Shown here: piece by piece, positions 25,362 to 36,700 of the stretch
Layout: every line of letters begins with the position of its first letter
Numbering within the stretch: the first letter of the stretch is position 1
Assembly (NCBI GenBank): GCA_018398765.1
Contig: JAHBMJ010000136.1
Coordinates: 1 to 56,271 of the forward strand
DNA length: 56,271 nucleotides
Source of the DNA: Chromera velia
Lineage: Eukaryota
Direction: 5' to 3'
Translations under genes and position numbers: made by a program
Notes under the pieces: model-generated
Databases searched by the model: none
Told to the model about the DNA's origin: nothing
What the model saw: only the letters and a program-made list of their open reading frames with translations

Positions 25362-26999
25362 TGCACAGGAAAAAATATATAGAAAAAATATGAGGTAAGA
25401 TATAAGGTAAGACTATGTTAATGAAAACTTTCTTTAAGAAAGGTTCTTTGGTGAACCAATGAAGTGAATCGAAGTGAAAAGCTCTTTATACATTGAAGAA
25501 GTGACATAGATATATTAGATACATATATAGATATATTTTTAAAATTGATGATGATGATGATGATGTATGAGGTTAAAGCCGCTGAGCCATAGAAAATATT
25601 ATATATATATATATATACAGATCACGCCTAGCTATAGTTCTGCCCAATTATCATTTCTTTTTTAAAGTTTTTTCTGATATTTTATACTATGTTTTTAAAT
25701 GTAGTGCTAGATGTAGTGCAGATTGTAATGCAACACCTAGACTTTTTACTAGACCTTTTAATATTAATACAACTTGAACGTATTTATTCATCATTTTTAT
25801 CTTCATAAAAAAAAAGAACCATCTGCAGAACGAAACTGGAAAATTGTTTTAAAAACTTTTTTTTTTTGTATTTCGAAGACCATGCAGCCAAATCTAGATC
25901 CATGCAGGTCCCCCTGAGATCAGACTACTTCTGTGGCCTTCTGATCATCGCTTTACCTGACAATGGCGCCACCTTTCTTGTTCTTCCTTCATTTCTTGTG
26001 TCTGCATGGAAGGAGCAGGCGCCTTTTCTTGGCGGTGAGGGCCCCGGAGCACTCGGAAGGCCGGAATACAATATCGCGACCCAGAAACTTCACACGCAGA
26101 CAACACAGAAAAAGGTTACCATATTAAACCATCTGCGAATCTAGCCGCGAATTTTCAACGTCTACGCGGGGTGGACTTCCTGTTGTGTCTTCTTTAAACC
26201 GGAATGCGCTCATCAACACATTCTTTACACTCACTTGCAACCACGCGGCCACAGGTTGGCACGCAGACTTTCTTAAAACGCACGCATCATTTGTCTGCAG
26301 AAAAGAATGCAGGCACGCATTCATCTCTTCCTTAAACCAGTTCATACTCTTTGTCGAAAATGCAACTTGCATCGATCATTTGCGTGTCCAGATCTGGAGA
26401 CGCGCAGTTGTTTAAACACGTGCATCCATGCATGCATGCATGCATGCATGCATGCTTGGTGTGAAGATTATAGAAGAGTGGAATTCTCCAGCGCCCTCCG
26501 CAAGGAAGGAATCGGCTGGCGCGCGAGAGAATCAAATCGGCCCTTCCCCATTCACTCCTTCCTTCCTTCCTTCCTTCCTTATCCACTGAGTGAGTACATG
26601 CCGGCGGGAATAGACAGAGAGAGAGAAGACAAATATGAGTGTGCAGAAGGAGCGGGTGAAGAAGTGAGGAGAACGCTTCGTCTACTTCAAAAGCTCCTTT
26701 CTCTTTTGTTTTCTCGCCTTTTGTCTGTTCTCTTCCTGTTTTGCGTTCGAAATTCTCTCTCTGTCTTTTTTCTCCCGTTTCACGTTGCCCACACTCGCTC
26801 TCCAGAGGCACGCATCTAGTAAAGAATAAGTGCACAGTCTTGAGGACAGGCTACGCACAAGAACGTATGCACACTTCTTCATTTAGGGTATGCACACACA
26901 CACACACACACGCACACACCAACGCACGCAGGAACACCGACAGATGCGGAGAAAGGAGGAAGGCGAGGAGGGGTGGAACGAGGAGAGAGACAGAAATAG

Positions 27000-27032
<33 letters not shown>

Positions 27033-28349
27033 GCCGGCAGACGGACGGACACGGACATCTAAGCAGATGGAGGGGGAGAATTAAGGAGAAAGAAAGAGAT
27101 ATGGAAAGATACGTACGTCGACCCGTCATTGTTTTTTCATTGTTTTTCTACACCCTTTGTTTCCTTAAACCGGAAGCTTCGTGTGCAGATCATGCAGGAA
27201 TCAATCAATTTCTTCTCTCCACTGTCTGCCGAGGGAGGTAATTCGGCAGCTGCGTGCGAGAACCCAGTCGGCCTTTCCCCCTTCGATTCTTCTTTCCTTC
27301 TCCATTGGAAAAGCCTGGTGAGTGAGGGTGGGAAGAGAGATGGACGGGAAAAGTAGATGAATGAGTGTGCAGGGAGAAGCGAGTGCAGAAGTGAAAACGA
27401 GTCCACATCGAAAGCTTCTTCCTCTTTTGTGTCTTCTGTTTTCTTTCTCTCCATTACTCTTTTTTGCAGTCTGAGAGGAGAGTAGGGTCCCTCGTTGCGA
27501 GCATTTTCACGGGACAGACTTTGGCCGTGGCTACACATACAGACAGACAAAAAAGAGAGAGAGAAATGTCGGATTGGCGTCGCCGACAACGAACGTGTGG
27601 GTTGCGAAAACACTTTGGAGCAGGGAAAAGACGAAGAGCCAAAGGCAGACGGAAAGGCGGACAAGCGGGAAGGTGGGAAGGAATAATGCTGCTTCGATTT
27701 TTCCGTCCTTGCTTTCCGTCTGCGCTTCTCTTCTCTCTTTCATTCCTCCTTTCATCTCTTTTCCTCCTTAGAACCTCCCTTCAGAGAGGCCTGCATCACC
27801 GTCTGTCTATGCACACTTAATTGTTCGTCTTTCTTTCTGTCCTTCTCTCATGCACTCCACTGCATGCTCTGCCCCCCATAGCCTTCTCAGCATGCCCCGA
27901 CTTTTTTTTTTCTTCAATAAGTCACTGTCACCGCTTCAACAAATGACCGCTTAGATAGAATCGGCGACCTTCCTGGAAAAAAACTCAGTAGATGAAGTAT
28001 CGGTAAGAAAAAAAGGAGAGAAGGGAACTAGGGGAGGGTAAACGGGAGGAAAAAAGAAGCAAACACATAAGACAGAAAGAAAAGAAGCAACGAGAAAAGT
28101 AACAAGTGAAAGAGAGAAGAGAATAAGCAAGAAGCAAGCTGAGGAAACCAAGAAGGAAGGAAGTACAGCACGAAGCCAGATGAGATGACAGAAGGATGCG
28201 ACGAAAACGAGAGGAAGGTGGAAGAAAACAGACATATGAATGGAAAGGAGCCAGAAAAGAGAGCAGCGAGAAGCTGAGCATCGCTCAGACGCTGCATGCA
28301 CGTTTTCAACCAACTCAACAGACATGCACGCAAGCAGATATGTGCACAC

Positions 28350-28397
<48 letters not shown>

Positions 28398-28554
28398 AGA
28401 TCTAGGCAAGGGCAGGAGAATGGAAGCCCCTCACCGAGGAAGGAGTTAAACGACACAGAGAGAAAATGGAATCAAGGAGAAGAGTGAAAGACGAAGGGAA
28501 GGAAGTGAGAAAGAAAGGAAGGAACGAAGGAAGCGAGAGAGAAAGAAAGAACAC

Positions 28555-28585
<31 letters not shown>

Positions 28586-29654
28586 GAAGAAAGAAAGAAA
28601 GAAAGGAAGGAACGAAGGAAGAACGAAAGAGAGAAAAAACGAAAGAATGCAAGCAAGCAAGGAAGGAGAGAAAGAAAGGGAAGCAAGGAAGAAAGAAAGA
28701 GACGGCGACAGAGAGAAAGTGCGTCGATCGACTCATATGCTTGTGCACAGACAGAAGAGCGCTCTCCCATCTTCCTTCCCGTCAACGAACCCACGTCGAA
28801 CTGAGACATACGCGCAGCTGTGAAAGCCTCATTTCATTTGAAGTGGCTCTCAGTTGCTTGAAACCAAAACAACAGACCGACCAGTATGAATTGTATCCAC
28901 TCCCCTCCTTTCCCTTCCCTTCCCTGCAGGGCGCCCCTCGCATCTCGTCTGTTCATTCAATTTTGTTCGACCCACAGTCGGAAGGCAGCAACTTCTCTGG
29001 CTATGAAGGGGCGACAGCAACAAACAGTAGACAAACGCTGTCCAGAAGCAAAGGAAGGAAGAAACAAAACAAGACGCGTTCCTCCCCCCTTCTCCCTTTC
29101 CCGCGTTTCGTGTGCTAAAACGCCAGCTCACACTTCGCGAGTACATGTGTGAACGGAAGAGGTACAAAGGGATGCGACTTCGTGCAGGCACAAACAAGAA
29201 TTCAGTGCACAGTCGGCTATCCAATCACGAAATGAATGGGAAGAGAAAAGGCATGCACGTCGAAAGGAAAAGGTCTGACAGGTCCGTTGTTCTGGTACAA
29301 AGGTAAACAGGTACACAGGCACACATGCAGGTATGGATGGAAACACATGCGAGGAAGGTAGGGATTGCTCCAGCCGTCAGCATGGCTGGACGCGCTTAAT
29401 TCCGTTTCTGCACCCAAACCCAACACCTCTCTCGTTCGTTGGGAGCGGCGGGAATTGGGACTCTCTCTTTCTCTCTCTCTCTCGTGTCCTTTCATTTCTA
29501 TACCTTTTCTTGGTTCTTAAAAATCGTGGACGGAAATCGACTTCTTGTCGCTGGCTGCGCTACAGATACTCGCACAAACAGACAGCTCGAGGACCAACCG
29601 AGAATGAGAGAGAAGCCTGTTTGTCCAGCTTACTTTCTTTGCCAGCACGTCTAT

Positions 29655-32440
29655 CTACCTGCTTGTCTCTGTGTTTGTGGCGGTATTTCCCTGCTGCTGC
29701 TGCTCTTGTTGCAGCTCTTGCTTTGCCTTCAGCCGGATGTCCAGAATTCTCTTGAGGGGTAGCGCTTCGTTGTCGGTGAGTGTCGACAGAAGCTCGAAAA
29801 TTTCGGCTTTGCAGGGATCGAAGAAAGAAATCCTCGTCTTTGGCGGTTTGGCTGGATTGAAACGGCGATCGTTTTCATCCATTTTCATCTCTTTCTCCCA
29901 GAGGCCCACGATCACCGCGTATGCCTCCTTCGGCGACTGCATCGCGAGGTATGCGAGTCCCCTCGACCGCCCGTTCGAGTGACGAAGGACGCGACACCCC
30001 AACACTCGACCGAATTGACGCGCCCTCGCGCAGACGTCATCTTCGTTCGCCCAGTCAGGCAGAGCGCAGACAAAGATGTTCGACCTGTACTCAAACAAAC
30101 AAGCGAAGGAAGAAGGGAAAAAAAATCAAATACCAGGCGTGGTACGACATTATCAAGATCGCAGAAACAAAAGAACGTCCCTCGTTCTTGAACGCAGCAC
30201 CAGAGACAGCGAAAGCGGCTCACCCCTCCTCTCGCCTCCACGCGCCCCCTGGCAGTCTGAAGCCCCCGCCCAATACCTCACCCAGCAACGCAACGCAACC
30301 GCAACTGCTTTCTAAATCACCCACTCGCCTACAGCCCCTTTCTCCCTTCCTCTCGCGCTCACAAGACTTACCCTGGTGGCCCGCAGACGCGGTCTCTGTT
30401 GGCGGCACTCCCCGGTTGGTGACCCTGCTGCCAGGACACGAACGCATCTCTTCCTGCTGACGCGGGTGCCGCCGCTGTGACTTCCTGATGGGGTTGCGAG
30501 TGTGAAAACGGAGGGCTCGTTTGCGTCAGTTGAGGGGGCAGCTGATGCGAGGGGGGAACCCCGGGAGACGGTTCTGTTGCAGGTGCAGGTGCGGGAGTCG
30601 GATGGCTTTGCATGAGCTCACGTCGGGAGGCCGTGGCATGATGCAAGGAGTGGGAAGGGAGAGTCGCCTGCTGCTGCTGGTGGTGATGGAAGGGGGGCGG
30701 TGACGGCTGCTGGGTCTGTATCTGTTGCCGGAGCTGGTCTTGGTGCTGCAGTGGGTGAGCCGGCGGGAATCCTTCAGGGTGTGGGTGTGGTGGAATGCCG
30801 AAAGGGGGGGGCTGCGGCGGAATGTCGAGAGAAGTCGGGGGGGGCTGGTGGCCTGACGGAAACTCTCCCGGATGTCCTTGTGCGGAGGCGGAATGGAGTG
30901 GCAACGGGTAAGCGGGAGCCGTCACAGCGGCGCCACCGACCCCGACCTCTGCCTGTCCTCTGGGAAAACCGGAAAACCCCGGGGGGCTCCGTGGAAAGCC
31001 AGAGGGTGCAACCTCTCTCTGTTGGGGGACAGCAAGGTCGTGCGAGCTGTGGGGGGGGTATGGGTAGGTCGGCTGTGAGGCGTTGTAGTGCTGGTCCGGG
31101 TGAATCGCTACAGCCCCTGCTGCTCTAGCTGCAGTCGTTGCGGTCTGATTGTTCAATCCAGCAGCAGCAAGAGGAAGTGGGTGCGAAGTCGGACCCCTGG
31201 AGCTGCTACTGCTTGAAGAGAACACAGCCCCCACACCTCCGCCTCCGCCGTCTGCGAGAGCTTTAAAGGCCCTCTGACGATCTTCCTCTTGCTGCAGGCA
31301 GTAAGTTTGTGACTCAGTGTGTGAAACAACTAACGCAAGGCAGCTCTTTTTCTCTCTTTCGTTGCTTCGTCTGCTCGATCGTGCTCCCTTTCTGTTTCTC
31401 TCTCTGATTCTTTGTTCCTCTTTGGTTCTGCTCAGCTCAATGGACGAACCATTGAAAACAAGCGGAAGGGAATCAAAAAGGGGAAAAGAGAACGTTCCTT
31501 TTGTCTCCCTCTTCTTCTTCTATGCGTTTGAACGGACAGCAAGACCGTCGAGCCCACCTTGAGAAGGAAAAGAAAAAAAGAAGACCCACACGGGTGCGAG
31601 CACGCGACTACGACTGGAGACGCATTGTCCTCTTCTCTATCTAAGTGCCTCTCATTCTCTGTCCAACAAAAAAGCACGCACACACAAATGGAACTAAACA
31701 TCCATCCGCCAAACCACGTAGTCCGCATACTAATACAAGCGGAAGAAACGGGCAGTGCTAAGAGATGGGAGACGCATCGAAGCGACGATTCCTGTGCACA
31801 GTTGCTTTTGTCATCCAACAACGATGCCCAGTGTAGCGCAAACCCGGGACACACGCACAGAGATAGGCATGAACAAAGAAATACACATGCAGGCCCAACT
31901 GACTGACGCACGCACCAGAAGCGCAACGATGCTGGTACGCACGGGACGGGGATCGTAGAAGAGGATGCTCGTCAGCTTGTCGAGGCCTGGAACAGACACT
32001 TGGCGCCCCTGCATCATTACAACAGAAAAACAAACAAACAAACACACAAAAGAACACCCAGTTCTTCTCACTGCTGTTTTATGACGAAAGGACGGAAGAC
32101 AGGAAGACAGAAAGAAAGGAAGAAAAAAGGAAAGAATTCGCCGGGGTACACGCCAACCCAAGTGCCGACATCCATGGCCAAAAGATTCAAGCAAGGCGAA
32201 AGAAATCAAAAAGACAGCATGAAAAAAAGAATGCAAACTGACAGAAAGAGTAAGCTCCTTGCAGAGTGGGCAAATGAGATACTCAACTGATGACCCTGTG
32301 CACTTCTGGATGCAGCGCCCGCACACCGTGTGCCCGCATTGCAACACGAAATGGCTGGGAGAAACGCTCCTACAGCAAGCACTTTGGAGAGCCGCTTCCA
32401 GGTGCCTCCAGGTGTCCACAAGACTCCGTTGGCTCGCCAT
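29655..32440 (-). CDS. Multi-exon protein: N-terminal RING-like zinc finger, Pro/Gln/His-rich low-complexity middle, C-terminal RRM
   Basis: Exon from ATG 32440: ACCRSVSPSHFVLQCGHTVCGRCIQK...ICPLCK (RING-HC pattern). Small exon ~32008-31940. Long exon ~31300-30372 rich in P/Q/H/G. Last exon ~30085-29655 with RNP2 NIFVCALP and RNP1 RGLAYLAM, ending at the stop at 29655. Confidence 0.75.
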
Positions 32441-32884
32441 CAACCCGTCTCCGGATCGTGGTTGCTTTCGGTTCAGAAAAGCTTAGCAGAGTATTGATAA
32501 AAGTCAACGCCGTTTCAGCATTCGCGTATTTTCCCAAATGCTGGACATACTTAAACCGTGAACGAGCTCCGCAGGGCGTACTACAGAAGAAAAGGGTGAC
32601 CGTTGGTGCCGTTAAGTAGGGATATGAAGTACCGTGCGGAGAACACAAAAACACAAGCAATAAAACGAACGCACAAAAACTGATCGATTAGCGTTGCATG
32701 GTGGACTTCTACATGAATCACCTCAATGTTGAGACATGGTCACTGCTTGTTAGCAGTCTTCTACTAATACCTGAGGAGCAATGAGCAGCTCTGGCCTAAA
32801 TATAGCTGCCTCGATCTGGTAACGGAATAACGCGTTTTGAGATCGATCGTTTATGATCGTTTTGAGGCGTTCTGTGGAGAGAGT

Positions 32885-32995
32885 GTTGCCGGGGCCCTCG
32901 CTGCAGGGCCGCGGGCCCTATATTAATACAGCTAGGCCGCGGCCGGGGCCCCGCGGCATGAAACCCATTGAAACCCGGCCGCGGCATGAAATTTG
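32885..32995. promoter_or_regulatory. GC-rich repeated palindromic motif cluster in the divergent promoter region
   Basis: Four CCGCGG, several GGGCCC and two CCGCGGCATGAAA copies around a TATATTAATA tract, lying between the ATGs at 32440 (-) and 33420 (+). Function is inferred from position only. Confidence 0.35.
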
Positions 32996-33419
32996 GCAGA
33001 GCTACAAATTTTGTCAGCCGTCTCCAGAAAGATGGGGAGAGGCTGAAGGACACTGGGAAGGCAAAGGATTGCTTGCCCTCCTGCGTCTTTCAGAAACGCA
33101 TTTTGATGAGTACCGGGGAATTGTCGTGTCTGGACGAGTTTTCGGGGAGTCGCTTTCGCAGAGCTCCAGGCCGCCAGGCCCACTGAAATCGGGCCCGTAT
33201 TCACCGAAATTCTCCACGTCTTTGGCTGCACTCTTTCAGTTTCTTCCATCAGCAACTTGAAGGAGGCGGTATACGTTCCGCCGCGGACTGAAGCAAATTA
33301 AGTCCTGTTAACAGGGGCAGGCTTCTTGAAAAGGAGAAACATTGATCCGGCTGGCATGCCCCCCGGACGTTTCTTTTCTTTCGATCCTTGTCGATTCGCT
33401 TTTCATCTGAGAGACAGAG

Positions 33420-33706
33420 ATGAAGACGAGTGACGTCCTTTCCCATGAGTTCACCAGGAAGGCGGCGGAGCATTGGGGACGAGGGCAAAAAAACGTGTAC
33501 TCTCCAGCGTTGGTCCAGGAAATTTACAACAAGCTCGTGAGATGCAATTTCAAAGCCAGTCAAGGTAGGGAGCAGAAGTCACTGTCTGTTCTATAGAAGC
33601 ACGGGTACATCTCGTGGGTGAAAGACAGGGAGGGGATGCGCGGGTACTCGGGGTCAGGAGGGGCTCTGTGAGTGCGTGTTCAAACATCGGTGGCGGTATT
33701 TTGGTT

Positions 33707-33757
<51 letters not shown>

Positions 33758-36700
33758 ACGCGCGCGTGCGTGCTTGCATTCGTTTGTGCCTCGTTGCCTT
33801 TGTGCTTCGTGTAAACGTATGAGCAGGGCGGCCTCTAGGGTTTTCTTGGGTGCGTGTTATTTGTTTGGAAGAGAGGCAGAGTCTTCTCGCTGCTCTCCTT
33901 GACACGGTGTGTGTTCCTGTGCCCGTCCCCCCCGCTGTTTCAGTCTGTTTGTTGGAGCGTCCTTACTCGCTTCGTTGCGTTGAGATCCGGCAGACCGTCT
34001 CAGAACCTTTCCTTCCTTGCGCCTCCTATTTGTTTTGCATGTTTTTTCGTTGGTTGGTTTGTGCTGCACGCAGTGATGATCCTGGAGTTCTCCTATTACA
34101 TGGAGAGGTACCTCTGGCCGAACCTCCAGCCAGAGTCTGCAAGCAAAGCCCACCTGCTATCCATCGTTTTGATGATCAACGAAAAGTTTCGAGAGGGGAT
34201 CCCGGCATGGAAATCGATTCCCATGAACGACCAGGTCAAAATGGCCGCATTTTTACGGAGAGTGACGGCGCTGCTCCTCGAAAGCTGTCAGAAGGACGCG
34301 GCGAAAACGTCGGAGGGGGAGAAGGACGGTGTGCCTATGGTGAACGGTCACGCTGTCAGTTCTGCTGATGACGAGACAGTGCCAGGTGATGTGCCTATGA
34401 ATGGCGAAGAAGAAGATCCCAAGCCTAGGGCAAACGGGGCAGCCGCAGGTGGGAAGGCGAAGGGACAAAAGGAGAACGGCCATGTGGGGGGGGGCACTGA
34501 GGGAATCCTGTCTTACAGAGAGAGGGCTTTTGTGATTCTTTTTCTCATCCACGCATTCCAATCACTTGAGCAGCCCGTGGTTCGTCCCGCCTGTCTGTCC
34601 ATGTGTTCTGCTTCTCTCTGGTTTTCTCTCTCTGAGAACCAAAGAGAACAGTTTCTGCGGTCAAATCCCCCCTTTGCCCGCGTCTGGCGTATCGCCCAGA
34701 AGAAGGCACGGAAAGCGGAGATGCTCCTGGAGACGGACCCCCAACATCCAGAGGCGAGGGGGTCGTTACAAGACCGCAACTTTCTCCCTTCCCTCATTGA
34801 CGCCTTTCTTCTCATCCTTGATGGTACTTTCGGAGAGACAGAGGCGGAGCTCGATAAGACGCAGCAACTGTTTGCGACACGGTCGGTCTGCTGCAGAAAG
34901 AAAAGATGCATCTGAGCGCCAAGACAGTCAACGTGTTGTTTGCGTGGAAGCATGTCAGTCAGTCAGTCAGTCAGTCAGTCAATAAGAAAGATGTGCAACT
35001 AAATGGAAAGAAAAAGGAACGGACAGACTAGGCGTAAACGAAACGGAAAGAGAAACTGGCTATGCCAGAGGGAGAGAGAGACTTTCAATCGGTGAAGGTG
35101 AAGGAAGTGAACAAGGTTTCTGCCAATCGACTCTGCACCTGCCTGCGTGGATTCCTCTCCGTATCTGGCTGTCTATTTGTGCAACTGTCTGTCTTTGTAC
35201 CTTGCCTGCCTGCCTGCCTGCTTGCGTACCCTGCAGGTTCATTGAGTTCATGATCGATCTCCTCAACCAGCTTCCGACTCGGCGCTTCGTCCGACCGCTG
35301 TTGAAGAGCCGGCAGTTTACGGTCAAGTGCCGACTCTCTCGCACTGCTGCGAAAGACGAGATGAAGCTGTTCAACCAACTGCTGGACATTCTCTCGTTCT
35401 ACGAGGGCTTCGAGATCGACGACACCTGTGGTCGGTTGCTTGGTTGCTTAGTGGCTGGCATGTGCCTAGCTCTACCGTCTCTCTCTATCTCATCTGTCTG
35501 TGGGGTTCTTTTTCGAGCTCTCTGCTGGTGACGGAGATGGGTGCCTTGCTCGAAATGTCTTGCTTGAAGTGCCAGAGTGACTGAGGGAGGCAAGTGGAGG
35601 CAAGCGGGGGATCGTGTTGTCTGGATCTCAAGAATCAATGGGTGGGAAGGGAAAGTGCATGGAATGAGAAGGATCGGTCGTTTCGACTTCTCCGTCCCTT
35701 CTTCTCCTCATGCCACCTGCCTGCCTTCTTTGTTGACTATCTTTTTCCCTTCAATACAGAAAGAATGACTGCCAGTCGATCAGGTCGCGTCTCTCTCGCA
35801 GGACGTTTTATCCTACCTGCTCTTCTGAACGTGTGTTTGAGTTTTCTTCTCCTTCTGGATTCGTGTCTTTGTTTGCAGGCAAACCTCTGAGCAGTGCCCA
35901 GGTGAAGGAGGTCCACTACGCGCATCTGCAGCAGCTGCAGTCTGTGTGTTTCAAGAACTTCCCTCAACTGCGGCAGGTTGCGCTGACTCCCATTGGGGCC
36001 ATCAACAAGAGGAGATCTCTCCAGAAGATCCTGTCTCCCCTCAGCACCGCTACCCTCTTCCAGTTGGCGTCTCTCCTGGCTCTGATCGACGAGGAGAATG
36101 ATTCGCACCTCGGGGAATACGGGCGGTCTTTGAAAAAGAAGGGGATGGGGGAAGGGGGGAACCCGGGGGCATCTGTGCCTGCAGGGGTAGGCGGTGGGGT
36201 GAAGAGGAGCAAGAAGGAGATAAAGACTCTATTGATGGAAATTCTCCTCCATGCTCTTGAGGAAAGGGTGGGTAGGTCGGTTGTCTGAGGTAGTAAGTGA
36301 GAAAGCTTAAGAGAGAAGGGGGGAGAACCGAATGGGAGAGAGTCGCAACGTTTGTTTTTTTGTCTTGCGGCACTTTTTCTATGCCTCTTTTGCTGAGAGG
36401 CTGTCTCTATTTGTTTCCCCTTTCTTTATCTTCTCTGTCCAGTCTTTTTGTACTCCTCGTTTTTTCTTGGGGCCTTCTGGCCAGTCTCCATTCCTTTTTG
36501 CTTCTTTCCCCTTTCTGTACAGACTTTTGGGCAGAGGGGAAAGGCCAACACCCTGAAGTCAAAAAATCCTTCCGTCTCTCCTGTGGATTCAATTTCTCTC
36601 GTGCGGGACGCTTACTTCTGTCTTCAGCACAGTCTTTCTTACCCATGGTCTTTTCTGAGTGACATGTTGTTCATTCATTTCGCTTCCTCCTCTCTTCTTT

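Larger units (their letters stand above)
23551..25628. mobile_element. Outer non-autonomous TIR element with ~30-bp inverted repeats and TA flanks
   Basis: Left cTA|GGCATGATCTG(TA)n at 23548-23580; right (TA)nCAGATCACGCC|TAg at 25600-25631. One mismatch (A versus G). Confidence 0.65.

Noticed and set aside
23540..25645. TTCTGCCC as an 8-bp hAT-type target duplication of the outer TIR element
   Set aside because: The right-hand copy is offset by 6 nt from the inverted repeat end, so it does not abut the terminus; kept only as a possibility.
26460..29650. Additional protein-coding gene between the TE island and the RRM gene
   Set aside because: Only scattered splice-like signals among microsatellite and purine tracts; no consistent reading frame or recognisable domain.
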